From an uncultured Candidatus Saccharibacteria bacterium (GTDB lineage Bacteria > Patescibacteriota > Minisyncoccia > Phycocordibacterales > Phycocordibacteraceae), in contig CAZQPW010000001.1 of assembly GCA_964595305.1 (NCBI GenBank), positions 9,722-73,721 of the forward strand: DNA of 64,000 nucleotides. Direction: 5' to 3'. Positions 1 through 10,392 of this stretch are shown here, in pieces (position 1 is the stretch's first letter; each line of letters starts with the position of its first letter). A program made the translations under genes and the position numbers. The notes under the pieces were generated by a model. It was not told the DNA's origin. It saw nothing but the letters and a program-made list of their open reading frames with translations, and made no database searches.

Positions 1-2550
1 GGTAAGCGTGTAGACTACTCGGGACGCTCAGTAATCGTGGTTGGTCCTACACTAGCTCTCGACGAGTGTGGTTTGCCTAAGCATATGGCACTCGAACTCT
101 TCCGTCCGTTCGTGCTTTCAAAGCTAATGAAGCGCGAACTAGCGTTCAACGTTCGTGCAGCGGGTAGGCTCATCGAAGACGGTATTCCCGAAGTGTGGGC
201 AATCCTTGAAGAGGTAATTAAGGACAAGCACGTGCTTCTTAACCGTGCGCCAACTCTGCACCGACAAGGAATCCAGGCGTTTCGACCAATCTTGATTGAA
301 GGAAACGCAATCCAGCTCCACCCCCTCGTTTGTCCGGCATTTAACGCAGACTTCGACGGTGACCAAATGGCTGTTCACGTGCCGCTCTCAGACGAAGCGC
401 AGCTCGAAGCAAAACATGTGATGTCGTCTAACAAGAACATCTTAAAACCAGGGTCTGGCGCACCAGTTGTTTCAACAGAAAAGGAAATTGCACTCGGTAT
501 TTACTGGATGACGCGCATAGTTCCGGGATCGCTTGGAGAAGGCAAATACTTTAGCTCTCCGAACGCTGCCATCCTTGCATTCGATTTCAACATCGTTGAT
601 CTACATGCAAAGGTTTGGGTAAATCCGACGTCAGGAAATCCAAAATATGCAGCATTTGAGAATCGATTTGAAACGAGTGTTGGTAGGCTGTTGTTTAACT
701 CAATCTTGCCTCGTGACTACCCGTATGTAAACGATGAGATTAAGAAGGCTTCACTGTCTAAAATTGTAGAGGACATGATCGCGCGCTATGGCCTTTCAGA
801 GCTTCCTCCAATTCTCGACAAGATTAAAGAGTTCGGCTTTACGTTCGCTACAAAGTCCGGCATTTCATTTAATGCCGCAGACGTAGTCGTTCCTAAAGAG
901 AAGCGAGCAATAGTTGAGAGTGCGCAAGAGGTGGTTCGAGGAATTATGGCCGACTATGCAGGAGGTCTCCTTACAGAGGAAGAGAAACATCGCATGATCG
1001 TCGAGGTCTGGCAAAAGGCAATTGGTGACATCCAAAAACACATCATTCCTAACATGAGTACAGAGTCATCGATCTTCACCATCATTTCTTCTGGAGCCCG
1101 AGGAAATATTGGACAGCTATCACAGATGGCGGGAATGAAAGGGCTCATGTCAAACACAAAAGGTGAGGTTATTGCCTTCCCAGTTATTTCGTCGATGAAG
1201 GAAGGAATCAGTCCGATCGAATACTTCACCACTACTCACGGTGCTCGTAAGGGTCTTTCCGACACAGCTCTTAAAACTGCTGCTGCGGGGTACCTTACCC
1301 GAAGACTTTTCGATGTTGCACAAGACGTCGTTGTTATCGGTGCAGACTGTGGTACTAAGAAAAAACTAACGGTCCGCAAAATGCGATCTACAGGAATTGA
1401 AGCTGACCTCGCGAAGCTCATAGTAGGTCGTGTGCTTGCAGAAAACGTTGAAGTCGAAGGAAAAACAATTAAGAAAGGCACGCTCATTTCGAATGAGGAT
1501 GCGCGCGCGATCGCAAATACCGGCGCTGCTTCAGTAGACGTACGTTCGCCAATGAGCTGTGAAAACGAGCATGGAGTTTGTCAGGCTTGTTATGGTTCAG
1601 ATCTTGCAACAAGAGAGCTCGTTGATGTTGGTGAGGCTGTGGGTACTGTTGCTGCTCAGGCTATTGGTGAACCAGGAACACAGCTCACCATGCGTACTTT
1701 CCACACAGGAGGTTCAGCGTCAGTTGGTGGTGACATTACGAACGGCCTTCCGCGTGTTGAAGAGCTCTTTGAAAAGCGCCCTCCAAAAGGAACTGCAATT
1801 CTCTCACACGTTGACGGAGAAGTAATAGAAGTTAAAGAAGATGGAGGACGCCGCACAATCGTGTTGCTTCCTGATGTAGGCACTACCAAGAAAGGCGACC
1901 GTGTTGAGTACGAAGTACCAGCGCGTCGCGTTCCGATTGTAACGGTAGGCTCAAAAGTTAAGAAGGGCGATGCGCTTACAGATGGTTCAGCGAATCTGGA
2001 CGAGCTTTTTGAGCTCGCAGGCCCATCAGTACTCCAGGCTTACATTATTGACGAAGTCTCGAAAATTTATGACCTCCAGGGCGCGTCAGTTGCTCACAAG
2101 CACATGGAAGTTATAATCCGCCAGATGTTCTCACGCGTACGCATTGTTGATCCTGGTGATTCAGGGCTGGCTAAAAGTGATGTGAGCGAGATAACGCTTA
2201 TAAATCGTAAAAACGACGAACTCGAAGCCGCAGGAAAGAACATAATTACATATGAACCTATGGTTCTTGGTATTACCGAGGTTTCACTCCATAGATCGAG
2301 CTTTCTTTCGGCAGCATCATTCTTGCAGACTACTAAGATACTCATCAATGCGGCAACTCGCGGCTCAATAGATACGCTGCGGGGTCTAAAGGAAAACGTT
2401 ATCATTGGACGCCTCATACCTGCAGGTACCGGCTTTGCTGGAAGTGAAAAGAATAGAATAATAACTGAATTCCAAAACGAGAGGAGAGAAGAGATGGCAG
2501 CAATAGATTCAACTGAAGAAGTTCGCGAAGAGTCAACACTTTCTCGCTAA
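1..2550 (+). CDS. rpoC: DNA-directed RNA polymerase subunit beta' (C-terminal ~850 aa; 5' end lies outside the window)
   Basis: Frame 1 is open from nt 1 ([16 protein letters not shown]...). It carries the catalytic '[16 protein letters not shown]' motif and conserved beta' C-terminal regions. The stop overlaps the dnaG start (TAATG). Confidence 0.95.
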   Translation, partial: GKRVDYSGRSVIVVGPTLALDECGLPKHMALELFRPFVLSKLMKRELAFNVRAAGRLIEDGIPEVWAILEEVIKDKHVLLNRAPTLHRQGIQAFRPILIEGNAIQLHPLVCPAFNADFDGDQMAVHVPLSDEAQLEAKHVMSSNKNILKPGSGAPVVSTEKEIALGIYWMTRIVPGSLGEGKYFSSPNAAILAFDFNIVDLHAKVWVNPTSGNPKYAAFENRFETSVGRLLFNSILPRDYPYVNDEIKKASLSKIVEDMIARYGLSELPPILDKIKEFGFTFATKSGISFNAADVVVPKEKRAIVESAQEVVRGIMADYAGGLLTEEEKHRMIVEVWQKAIGDIQKHIIPNMSTESSIFTIISSGARGNIGQLSQMAGMKGLMSNTKGEVIAFPVISSMKEGISPIEYFTTTHGARKGLSDTALKTAAAGYLTRRLFDVAQDVVVIGADCGTKKKLTVRKMRSTGIEADLAKLIVGRVLAENVEVEGKTIKKGTLISNEDARAIANTGAASVDVRSPMSCENEHGVCQACYGSDLATRELVDVGEAVGTVAAQAIGEPGTQLTMRTFHTGGSASVGGDITNGLPRVEELFEKRPPKGTAILSHVDGEVIEVKEDGGRRTIVLLPDVGTTKKGDRVEYEVPARRVPIVTVGSKVKKGDALTDGSANLDELFELAGPSVLQAYIIDEVSKIYDLQGASVAHKHMEVIIRQMFSRVRIVDPGDSGLAKSDVSEITLINRKNDELEAAGKNIITYEPMVLGITEVSLHRSSFLSAASFLQTTKILINAATRGSIDTLRGLKENVIIGRLIPAGTGFAGSEKNRIITEFQNERREEMAAIDSTEEVREESTLSR

Positions 2551-4253
2551 TGTCTGATACAGTCCAAAAAATCAAAGACCGACTCAACATTGTCGACGTT
2601 GTTGGTTCGTATGTAAAATTGACACGTGCGGGGAGGTATTATAAGGGTCTCTCGCCGTTCACCAAGGAAAAGACACCTTCGTTCTTTGTTACTCCAGACA
2701 GAGGGCTATATCACTGCTTTTCAAGTGGGAAGGGTGGAGATATGTTTACGTTTGTTGAAGAGATGGAGGGGGTTGATTTCAAGGGCGCCTTGCTCATCCT
2801 TGCAGAAAAGGCTGGTGTTCAGGTAGAGTTTGGACCAGGAGACCAAACAGAAAGAGATATTCTGTTCAGAATCAATTCTGACTCAGCTGCGTTCTTTATT
2901 GAGTGTTTAAAGGTTCGGACAGACGCAAAAGCATATCTGGAAAAGCGTGGCGTTACCCAAGCGCTCGCAGATAAATGGCAAATCGGGTACGCGCCACGTG
3001 ACTGGAGTACGCTTAAAGATCATTTAACCAAGCTCGGTCACACTGAAGCTCTCATTGAACGGGCCGGCCTTATTAAACGACCAGACTCAGCTGATATTCC
3101 ACACGAAAAGGTACAAAGAACGTATGACCGCTTTCGAGGAAGAATTATGTTTCCTCTTAAAGATAGTACCGGCAGAATAATTGCATTTTCTGGCAGAATA
3201 TTCGAAGATGACCCGCAACATCCGCAGGCAAAATATATTAACTCGCCAGAAACACCTATCTTTGATAAATCAGCTGCGTTGTATGGAATCCATGAGGCCA
3301 GAAATGGAATCCGAACGCTCGGGTTCTCAATGCTCGTCGAAGGGCAGCTTGATCTCGTGTTGGCACAAAGCATCGGGTATGCAAACGCAGTCGCTACTAG
3401 CGGTACCGCTTTTACTGACACCCACGCACAGATACTTAAGCGCTACTCTCCAAACTTGCTAATCGCGTACGACGGAGACACTGCCGGCATTAAGGCGAGT
3501 ACGCGGGCAGCTGAGCGAGCGCTCCAACTTGGCATGAATGTTAAGGTGGCGACTATGAAAGCAGGTGAGGATCCGGCAGATTGCATTCTTAGAGACCAAA
3601 ACGATTTTAAGTCAAAAATTAAATCAGCATCGCACATCGTGGATTTTCTACTTAATCACGCGATTGCAAGCACTGCTGACCCAAGAGATCGTAAGTTGGC
3701 AGTAAGTCGAGACGTAGTTCCGATTATTGCTGCAATTGCTAATAAAATTGACCAGGCGCATTTTGTAAGTACCGTTGCTGCAGCACTATCAGTTCCAGTC
3801 GACGCGGTATATGCAGAGGTTGGGAAAATTGCTGCTCCGCGCCCGGTTGTTGCAGGCATTGAAAAAGAAGGTGGGGTCACGTATAGTGCGCGTGACATGT
3901 TGCTAGGGGTTTTCCTTGCGTTTAGTGACGCAGCTGACGGCAGGGTAGGTACGCTCACCGAAATAATCAATTTGCAGTTTGGCGAAAACGTAATTAAATC
4001 ATTAGTAAATCTAGATGATAACGAAAAGGAAAAGCTGCGTATGGTAGCCGAAGAACATTTCTTTATGCCGAACAAAACTATGGAAGAACAAGACAGGGTG
4101 CTTGCTGAATTTCAGAACGCACACACGAAACAAACGGCACGTTTGGAATATAATGCAAACCTTAAAGAGCTTACAGCAGCCGAAGCGGCAGGGGATGTCG
4201 AGAGGATCCAGCAACTTCAGAGGGCTTTGACCGAGATTGCGAAACGTTTATAA
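2550..4253 (+). CDS. dnaG: DNA primase
   Basis: N-terminal zinc-binding region ('[11 protein letters not shown]'). RNA-polymerase core and TOPRIM motifs ('EGQLD', 'AYDGDTAG'). Position between rpoC and rpoD. Confidence 0.9.
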   Translation: MSDTVQKIKDRLNIVDVVGSYVKLTRAGRYYKGLSPFTKEKTPSFFVTPDRGLYHCFSSGKGGDMFTFVEEMEGVDFKGALLILAEKAGVQVEFGPGDQTERDILFRINSDSAAFFIECLKVRTDAKAYLEKRGVTQALADKWQIGYAPRDWSTLKDHLTKLGHTEALIERAGLIKRPDSADIPHEKVQRTYDRFRGRIMFPLKDSTGRIIAFSGRIFEDDPQHPQAKYINSPETPIFDKSAALYGIHEARNGIRTLGFSMLVEGQLDLVLAQSIGYANAVATSGTAFTDTHAQILKRYSPNLLIAYDGDTAGIKASTRAAERALQLGMNVKVATMKAGEDPADCILRDQNDFKSKIKSASHIVDFLLNHAIASTADPRDRKLAVSRDVVPIIAAIANKIDQAHFVSTVAAALSVPVDAVYAEVGKIAAPRPVVAGIEKEGGVTYSARDMLLGVFLAFSDAADGRVGTLTEIINLQFGENVIKSLVNLDDNEKEKLRMVAEEHFFMPNKTMEEQDRVLAEFQNAHTKQTARLEYNANLKELTAAEAAGDVERIQQLQRALTEIAKRL

Positions 4254-4270
4254 TAATTATATACTTTTGT

Positions 4271-5512
4271 ATGGCCAAAAAGTCCAAGAAGCAGCGCAAA
4301 GTGTCAAAAAAGAAGACTCTCTCAAAAAAAGGGAAAAAGCCGCGATCCATAAAACGCGCACATCCAAAGCGTAAGATTTCAAAAAAGGCGCCTGCAAAAA
4401 AGCAGCAAAAGAAGGCTCCGGTAAAAAAGCTTTCAGATAAGCAACGCGCACTCGACACTAAGGCAACAAATCTAATTTCTCGTGGGAAACAGCGTGGTTA
4501 TATTACCTACAACGAAATTCTTAAAGAGTTCCCGACTATCGAAGAGAACGTGATGTTCCTCGAGGAGCTGTACGAGCGCCTCTCGGTAGCAGGCGTCGAC
4601 GTTCTTGAGTCAGGCGGTATGCTAGACGAGGTTCCAGACGACGTCGTGATGCGCGGTTCTTATCGCGGAGATAGCGGAGGGCACGACTCAATCCAAATGT
4701 ACTTGCGCGAGATAGGGCAGTACCCACTACTCTCTGGTCAAGAAGAGCGCGACTTGGCAAAACGTATCCAGAATGGGGATAAAGAAGCAGAGACACTTTT
4801 AGCGCGAGCAAACCTTCGCCTCGTGGTTTCAATTGCAAAAAAATACTCAAACCGCTCTAGCGACTTAACCTTACTTGACCTTATTCAAGAGGGGAATATG
4901 GGGCTGTTCCGTGCGGTTACCAAATTCGACTTTACAAAGGGATTTAAGTTTTCCACCTATGCGACGTGGTGGATACGTCAAGCGATAACACGTGCCCTTG
5001 CAGACCAGTCTCGAACTATACGTATCCCAGTGCACATGGTTGAGACGATCGCAAAGTATAAACAAGTCATGCGCAGACTTGAGCAAGACCTCGGGCGAGA
5101 CCCAATGCCCGAAGAAGTCGCAACAGAAATGGGAGTTGAGGTAGACAAAGTGTATCAAATTGAGCAGATCAACCAGGAGACGTTGTCTCTTGAGGCGCCA
5201 ATTACAACAGGTGACGATGAAGATGCTTCCCAGCGTGCTGACTTTGTCGCAGACCACACACTCCCATCGCCAGACCAAGAAACTGCACACCGGATCCTTG
5301 TGGACCAACTCGGAGAAATTATGGATGATCTCTCACCAAAAGAGCGCAAGATCCTCGGAATGCGTCACGGGCTCGATGACGGGGTTTACCATACGCTTGA
5401 GGAGGTAGGACAAGAGTTCGGGGTAACTCGTGAGCGCATCCGACAAATCGAAGCAAAAGCTCTCGATAAAATACGCACACACCAGAAATCCCGTCGCCTA
5501 AAAAGCTACTAA
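4271..5512 (+). CDS. rpoD: RNA polymerase sigma-70 factor (primary sigma) with ~55-aa lysine-rich N-terminal tail
   Basis: Region 2 ('[40 protein letters not shown]'), region 3 and region 4 ('[24 protein letters not shown]'). The N-terminus '[26 protein letters not shown]...' is K-rich. Confidence 0.9.
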   Translation: MAKKSKKQRKVSKKKTLSKKGKKPRSIKRAHPKRKISKKAPAKKQQKKAPVKKLSDKQRALDTKATNLISRGKQRGYITYNEILKEFPTIEENVMFLEELYERLSVAGVDVLESGGMLDEVPDDVVMRGSYRGDSGGHDSIQMYLREIGQYPLLSGQEERDLAKRIQNGDKEAETLLARANLRLVVSIAKKYSNRSSDLTLLDLIQEGNMGLFRAVTKFDFTKGFKFSTYATWWIRQAITRALADQSRTIRIPVHMVETIAKYKQVMRRLEQDLGRDPMPEEVATEMGVEVDKVYQIEQINQETLSLEAPITTGDDEDASQRADFVADHTLPSPDQETAHRILVDQLGEIMDDLSPKERKILGMRHGLDDGVYHTLEEVGQEFGVTRERIRQIEAKALDKIRTHQKSRRLKSY

Positions 5513-5523
5513 GTTATACTTAA

Positions 5524-6345
5524 GTGGTGGGACATTCCAAATACCCGATAAAGCATTGGAGTTATTCATCGCTGCTCTCGTTTTTGCGAAACCCTCTCGC
5601 ATGGCATAAGCGCTACGTTGATGGTGTATACGATACCCCCTCAAGCCCATCTGGGGTTATCGGTCGAGCTGCGCATGTAGCTTTGCAGCACTATTATAGC
5701 GGGTTCAAGATCGAAGAGGCTGTAGAGATGGGTTTGGCAAACTTGCGCTCAGTCCCTGATTTTGAAATTGAGTTTGGAAAGCACACATCGAAACGTGCAA
5801 AAAAAGAGAGGCGTCAAAACATGGAGAAGGAGCTGGTACAGGCGGTCAAGTTTTATCTTGAACGGCCTCCTCGTTACAAAAAAATAGTGGGGGTTGAGGT
5901 TAGTTCTATATGTAAGCTAGATAGCATCCCGCTCCCTATAAAAGCGATTTCAGACCTTGTAGTAGTCTCTTCGGCGAATCCAAACTCATTGGATATCGTA
6001 GACCATAAGTTTGTCGACTCATTTAGCGGTCTTGCTGGAGATAAACCACTCTTCGTATTGCAGGCGCTATTTAACTACTATACTGTGCGCGAACTTTATA
6101 AAAAGCCCGTGAACAGGTTCATTATTCAAGAATGCAAAAAGCGCAAAAATAATGATGGTAGTCAGCAGTTACGGCGCTATGTTCTTTCGTATAAAGATAT
6201 GGAAGATGACTTTGTAGTCTTTCACCGCTTACTTAAGGATGCAACCGAGGAGATCCGCAGGACGCGGCACTATCTGCCGAACCCTTCTGACATGTTCGAG
6301 GGGAAGAATTCATTCGAAATCTACCGTCAGGGGCTTATCGGTTAG
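5524..6345 (+). CDS. PD-(D/E)xK nuclease superfamily protein (RecB/Cas4-like fold, no Fe-S cysteines)
   Basis: N-terminal 'HWSYSSLLSFLRNPLAWHKRYV' and 'LDIVDHKF' (D..D.K) motifs typical of the PDDEXK_1 family. Directly downstream of rpoD. Confidence 0.5.
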   Translation: MVGHSKYPIKHWSYSSLLSFLRNPLAWHKRYVDGVYDTPSSPSGVIGRAAHVALQHYYSGFKIEEAVEMGLANLRSVPDFEIEFGKHTSKRAKKERRQNMEKELVQAVKFYLERPPRYKKIVGVEVSSICKLDSIPLPIKAISDLVVVSSANPNSLDIVDHKFVDSFSGLAGDKPLFVLQALFNYYTVRELYKKPVNRFIIQECKKRKNNDGSQQLRRYVLSYKDMEDDFVVFHRLLKDATEEIRRTRHYLPNPSDMFEGKNSFEIYRQGLIG

Positions 6346-6349
6346 AACT

Positions 6350-7030
6350 CTAACGTAAAAGTGTGTCGACAACAGACTTAACTGTAGCAAATGGTTGCGC
6401 ACCCGGTAACGGGGTTGTTTTTCCATCTTTAGTAACTAGGATGTTATGAGGTGTACCTTGGCCGCCTGTTGTGCGCGCAGCATTGAAGTCATCTGTAATT
6501 CTTGCCTGTGTTTCACCGCTTGCCACGCAGGCTGCGTGTGCCTTAGAGTCTACACCGACCTGTGCGGCATATTCGCTTACGCGCGCCATGTCAGTTCGCT
6601 CGTTTAGTGGGGCCTTGTCAAAAAGTATATCTAGATACTTGAAGTATGCCTCATTCCCACCAAGTTTAGCTACACACTCTGCGGCTTCAGCGAGTTTTGG
6701 TGCATTTGGGTGTAATTGTTCAAGTGGGAAGTTACGTAATACCCACGCGACTTTGCCACTTGGGCCGTACTCAGCCAATATTTGCTTCATGGTTCCATGG
6801 AATTGTTTGCAAAATGGACACTCAAGATCAGTGTATTCAATAACTATCACATCGGCATTAGGGTTTCCTAGAATATGGTCAGCTGCCGTAACTGGTGGCA
6901 CAGACGCTTCTGGTTGCGCTGGAGCTTTGGGCGAAGCTTTGCCGACAAAAAATAATGAACCTGCAATAAGAGCACCTGCAACTACAATTGCGATTGGCAC
7001 TGCGAGCTGATTTTGTTGTGATGTTTCCAT
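6350..7030 (-). CDS. Membrane-anchored DsbA-family thiol:disulfide oxidoreductase
   Basis: N-terminal TM segment. Thioredoxin fold with 'CPFC' active site and the DsbA-like layout (EYTDLECPFCKQFH). Confidence 0.8.
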   Translation of the reverse strand: METSQQNQLAVPIAIVVAGALIAGSLFFVGKASPKAPAQPEASVPPVTAADHILGNPNADVIVIEYTDLECPFCKQFHGTMKQILAEYGPSGKVAWVLRNFPLEQLHPNAPKLAEAAECVAKLGGNEAYFKYLDILFDKAPLNERTDMARVSEYAAQVGVDSKAHAACVASGETQARITDDFNAARTTGGQGTPHNILVTKDGKTTPLPGAQPFATVKSVVDTLLR

Positions 7031-7065
7031 AATGTTTCTTTCCTACATGGTACCATACATATTGT

Positions 7066-7854
7066 ATGTTTGAGTATATAGTGCTCGGGTTCGTGGAGGG
7101 GGTAACTGAATTTCTGCCCATTTCTTCATCTGCCCACCTACTTTTGGTAAGATACTTGTGGTTTCCAGCCCTACCAGCCGGGCTTGCGGTAGACGCGGTG
7201 CTTCAGCTCGGAAGTGTCTGTGCAGTTGTGCTATATTTTGCTCAAGATTTAATAAAAATAGCTTCTGCGCCTCGTACCCACGCTCGTTTATTAGCTTGGC
7301 TAGTAATTGCGACTGTTCCAGCAGTTGTGGTTGGGTACATGTTTGAGTCCGCAATCGAAAATTCGTTACGCAGCCCATATGTGGTCATATTTGCGCTCAT
7401 CACAGGATCAATAATATTTTTTGCTGCTGAGCGTGCACTGGTGCGTAATGAACGAGCACCCCTAGAGTCACTTACATTCAAAGGCGCCGCTCTGATTGGT
7501 TGCATGCAGGTGCTCGCGTTTGTGCCGGGTATGAGCCGATCTGGCATGACTGCTAGTGCAGGAATATTTGCGCGCCTGAGCAGGGAGGATGCATACAGGT
7601 TTAGCTTTTTGCTTTCAATCCCAATTCTGCTAGGTACCGGGCTAAAAAAGTTTATAGATTTGTACCAGACAGGATTCGATGGCATTCAAACTGGTTTTTT
7701 ACTTGCGGGGTTTGTCACCTCATTTTTAGTATCAATAGTGTCAATTTACATACTGATGAAGACGGTTACACGAGTGCCTCTAACGTGGTTTGCGCTGTAT
7801 AGGGTTATACTCGCGGCCGTTTTAACAGCAGCACTTATTGTGTTACCAGGGTAG
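7066..7854 (+). CDS. uppP: Undecaprenyl-diphosphate phosphatase
   Basis: Signature 'EGVTEFLPISSSAHL' and a polytopic membrane profile. Confidence 0.9.
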   Translation: MFEYIVLGFVEGVTEFLPISSSAHLLLVRYLWFPALPAGLAVDAVLQLGSVCAVVLYFAQDLIKIASAPRTHARLLAWLVIATVPAVVVGYMFESAIENSLRSPYVVIFALITGSIIFFAAERALVRNERAPLESLTFKGAALIGCMQVLAFVPGMSRSGMTASAGIFARLSREDAYRFSFLLSIPILLGTGLKKFIDLYQTGFDGIQTGFLLAGFVTSFLVSIVSIYILMKTVTRVPLTWFALYRVILAAVLTAALIVLPG

Positions 7855-8412
7855 GGTGTGTGTCAGCGCATCGCTTGCTGCTGTTTCCCAGTTGCTGGTG
7901 TCTAGCAAGATTTCTTTCTTTTTTCCAAAGTCGTCATAGGCAAGTTTTTTGTTTAAAAGGGCATAATCATAAATTTGCTTTGTGAGCTTTACGTCATCAA
8001 TGCAGTATGCTCTTACTTTCTCCACCTTGCCTTGCTTCCACCACTCAACCGCATCAAGTCCGTGGCCACTCTTCTTTTTCCCTAATGTAGCTTTCGCAAT
8101 AGAGTCCAACTTAATTCTTCTTCCCAATACGTTTTTAACCTCCTTTAGGATGTCCAGCGAACGTATCTTAGTTAGGTCGCCCGCGTAATACTTATTGAGG
8201 ATCGGGATATCAAAGTGATCACTATTAAATCCAATAAGCATGTCTGCCCGCTCAAATATGGGCCACATTTGGGGTAGCTCTTCGACTGTGTAGCTAGTGT
8301 AAAGATCAGTCTCACTATCGTGAACACCAACTATAGTGAGCTGCATGGAACTCAAATCCCATCCACCGGGCACAGACGAGCTCGTCTCGATGTCGAAAGT
8401 AACTTTTCTCAT
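7843..8412 (-). CDS. DEDDy-type 3'-5' exonuclease, RNase H-like fold (YprB/PolB-exo-like)
   Basis: Exo I 'FDIETS', Exo II 'FNSDHFDIPIL' and Exo III 'YCIDDV' motifs. Confidence 0.7.
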   Translation of the reverse strand: MRKVTFDIETSSSVPGGWDLSSMQLTIVGVHDSETDLYTSYTVEELPQMWPIFERADMLIGFNSDHFDIPILNKYYAGDLTKIRSLDILKEVKNVLGRRIKLDSIAKATLGKKKSGHGLDAVEWWKQGKVEKVRAYCIDDVKLTKQIYDYALLNKKLAYDDFGKKKEILLDTSNWETAASDALTHTLPW

Positions 8413-8420
8413 GGGTAGAA

Positions 8421-9008
8421 TTAAATTGGGTGAGGTATAGGATTGATCTCAAGATTCTCTGCTTGAGCTGCACGAATAGTGCGCTCTACAAAGCGAGGGT
8501 GCGCAGCTTCCTCGAATAAAAACTCTCTTTTTTGGCCTGCTGTTTGGATAGTAACGTTTCCGAATCGTAATATGTTTTGAATAACCCCAACCGTGTGTGT
8601 CTCAACGTCTTGGATGTGCGATAGGTCTAGTATTGTAGCTACGTTCACGTTGAACATTCCGCGCAGCTCAAAGTCTATAACACGCCAATTTGTAATTATC
8701 CAAACGTCAAAATAATAGTCAGTCCATCTTACAAATATAAGTTGCCAGCAAATTAGCGCCCAAAGTGAACCAACGAGGCCTGCCAGCGCGCCAATTTTTG
8801 CTGCGGGCACACCTATTGAGGTGACTACGGTTGCTAAGATAGGGAGGATTATAAACGGTAAAATAAAGAGCAGAAGGACCGCAAAGACGTTTCTTAGTAG
8901 TACAAACCAGTGACTATGAACAACCGCACGTACCTCCTCGTTTGGTCGTGGATTATCAAGGGCTACCCCACTTGTATTGCTTTGTGAAAAAATATCTGAG
9001 AGATGCAT
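8421..9008 (-). CDS. Membrane protein with bacterial PH domain (bPH_2/YdbS-like)
   Basis: Two N-terminal TM helices followed by 'DYYFDVWIITNWRVIDFELRG...' typical of DUF304/bPH_2. Confidence 0.6.
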   Translation of the reverse strand: MHLSDIFSQSNTSGVALDNPRPNEEVRAVVHSHWFVLLRNVFAVLLLFILPFIILPILATVVTSIGVPAAKIGALAGLVGSLWALICWQLIFVRWTDYYFDVWIITNWRVIDFELRGMFNVNVATILDLSHIQDVETHTVGVIQNILRFGNVTIQTAGQKREFLFEEAAHPRFVERTIRAAQAENLEINPIPHPI

Positions 9009-9015
9009 ATTAAAA

Positions 9016-9204
9016 TTAAATTAGTGCTCTTAGGGCCATTAGAGATGTGTACAAAAAGAATACAGAACCAATTATATAGATCGGCAGCATTACCGAGACT
9101 ACCGGAAAAATTTTGCGATACGTTAACCAGTGATAAAAAAGAGCGAGCGCATAGTAGACGGTTACCAATATACCTATGGCAAATAACGCAAGGCCAATTA
9201 TCAT
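9016..9204 (-). CDS. Small hydrophobic protein (2 TM), hypothetical
   Basis: 62-aa ORF, almost entirely two hydrophobic helices. Tightly packed between neighbouring genes. Confidence 0.35.
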   Translation of the reverse strand: MIIGLALFAIGILVTVYYALALFYHWLTYRKIFPVVSVMLPIYIIGSVFFLYTSLMALRALI

Positions 9205-9872
9205 GATTTTAGTATAACAGTATATCGGATTATGCCATATTGGTCTTTGTGGGCAGCTGCAGTAAGTCCTAAACTTTCCGATACTGCATGTATCTGTACT
9301 TCATGCTCTGGCTCATGCTCAATCCACAACTCGCCACCAATATTTAGATGCGAGATGGCCCCACGTATCACTTTCCTGATAATTGCGAAACCTTGTTCAT
9401 CTGCAAATAACGCCAAGCGTGGTTCGTGTTCGAGAACATTTGGATCCACTCGTTCTATGCGCTCCTCAGCTAAATACGGTGGGTTAGAAAGGATAAAGTC
9501 AAACGTATCATTTACTGAATCGTACACATCGCTTTGGATAAACTGTGCTCGTGATGGGTCTATGTTGTTAAGTGCGAGCGACGACTGAACGGCACGGAAA
9601 TGGGTTGCATCAATATCTGCAAATGTTGCTTGAGTATTGGGGCAGTGAAATAGAGTGGCAATTCCAATGCAACCTGAGCCAGAGCACAGGTCTAAAATTT
9701 TGCAGGGGCCGCTTCTTTTTTGTATAGACTTTATTGCGAGCTCGGTCCAATACTCTGTTTCGGGACGAGGTATAAGTGGTCGAGTGGTAAGTGATATACG
9801 CGTCCCTAAAAAAGGTTTCCATTCGTATGCATAGTCCTCAGGTAATGGGGTGATCACAGTATTATGATACAC
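9201..9872 (-). CDS. prmC: Release factor glutamine N5-methyltransferase (HemK/PrmC family)
   Basis: SAM-binding 'ILDLCSGSGCIG' and substrate-binding 'NPPY' motif ('FILSNPPYL'). Confidence 0.8.
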   Translation of the reverse strand: MYHNTVITPLPEDYAYEWKPFLGTRISLTTRPLIPRPETEYWTELAIKSIQKRSGPCKILDLCSGSGCIGIATLFHCPNTQATFADIDATHFRAVQSSLALNNIDPSRAQFIQSDVYDSVNDTFDFILSNPPYLAEERIERVDPNVLEHEPRLALFADEQGFAIIRKVIRGAISHLNIGGELWIEHEPEHEVQIHAVSESLGLTAAAHKDQYGIIRYTVILKS

Positions 9873-9874
9873 TA

Positions 9875-10321
9875 TTGCGTATGAAGCATTTTGACTGGTG
9901 GAATATAGTATTTATACTTTTTTTTATTTTGCTTTCGATATTGGCAACGCAATACATTTTCACAAACACTGGTTTCTATGAGCTCAGTATTTGGGAATAT
10001 TTTATACTCGTAACTGCAATTTTTAGACTCACACGACTTACCACGTACGACCAAATCACTACATGGGTGCGGGACATGTTCGAAGACGCGAGGCCAAAAA
10101 CTTTTGCCGGAACAGTCAAAACGCTCATAAATTGTCCGTGGTGTACCGGACTTTGGTTCGCTTTAGTCGTACTGTTCTCTTACCTTGTGTTTCCGTTCGC
10201 TATATTCCCAATTTACATACTTTCGCTTGCGGGGGTAGCAAGTGTCGTTCAGCTTGCTGCAAACCTACTTGGCTGGTCTGCTGAGTTGAAGAAAACAGTA
10301 ACTCTCGAGCAGAAGCGTTGA
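9875..10321 (+). CDS. Integral membrane protein with CPWC motif (DUF1360-like)
   Basis: Three to four TM helices; 'CPWCTGLW' motif. Confidence 0.4.
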   Translation: MRMKHFDWWNIVFILFFILLSILATQYIFTNTGFYELSIWEYFILVTAIFRLTRLTTYDQITTWVRDMFEDARPKTFAGTVKTLINCPWCTGLWFALVVLFSYLVFPFAIFPIYILSLAGVASVVQLAANLLGWSAELKKTVTLEQKR

Positions 10322-10392
10322 AGCCATATTTTGCCTATGGTACGAGTTGTTAAATATCGACAATTGTGATATAGTGATTTTAGCGGTACGCC

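Noticed and set aside
139-2417. Multiple 60-110-aa antisense or alternate-frame ORFs inside rpoC, and similarly inside dnaG, dnaK, atpA, atpD, leuS and alaS
   Set aside because: They are fully embedded within strongly supported conserved genes and have no independent support. Treated as chance ORFs.
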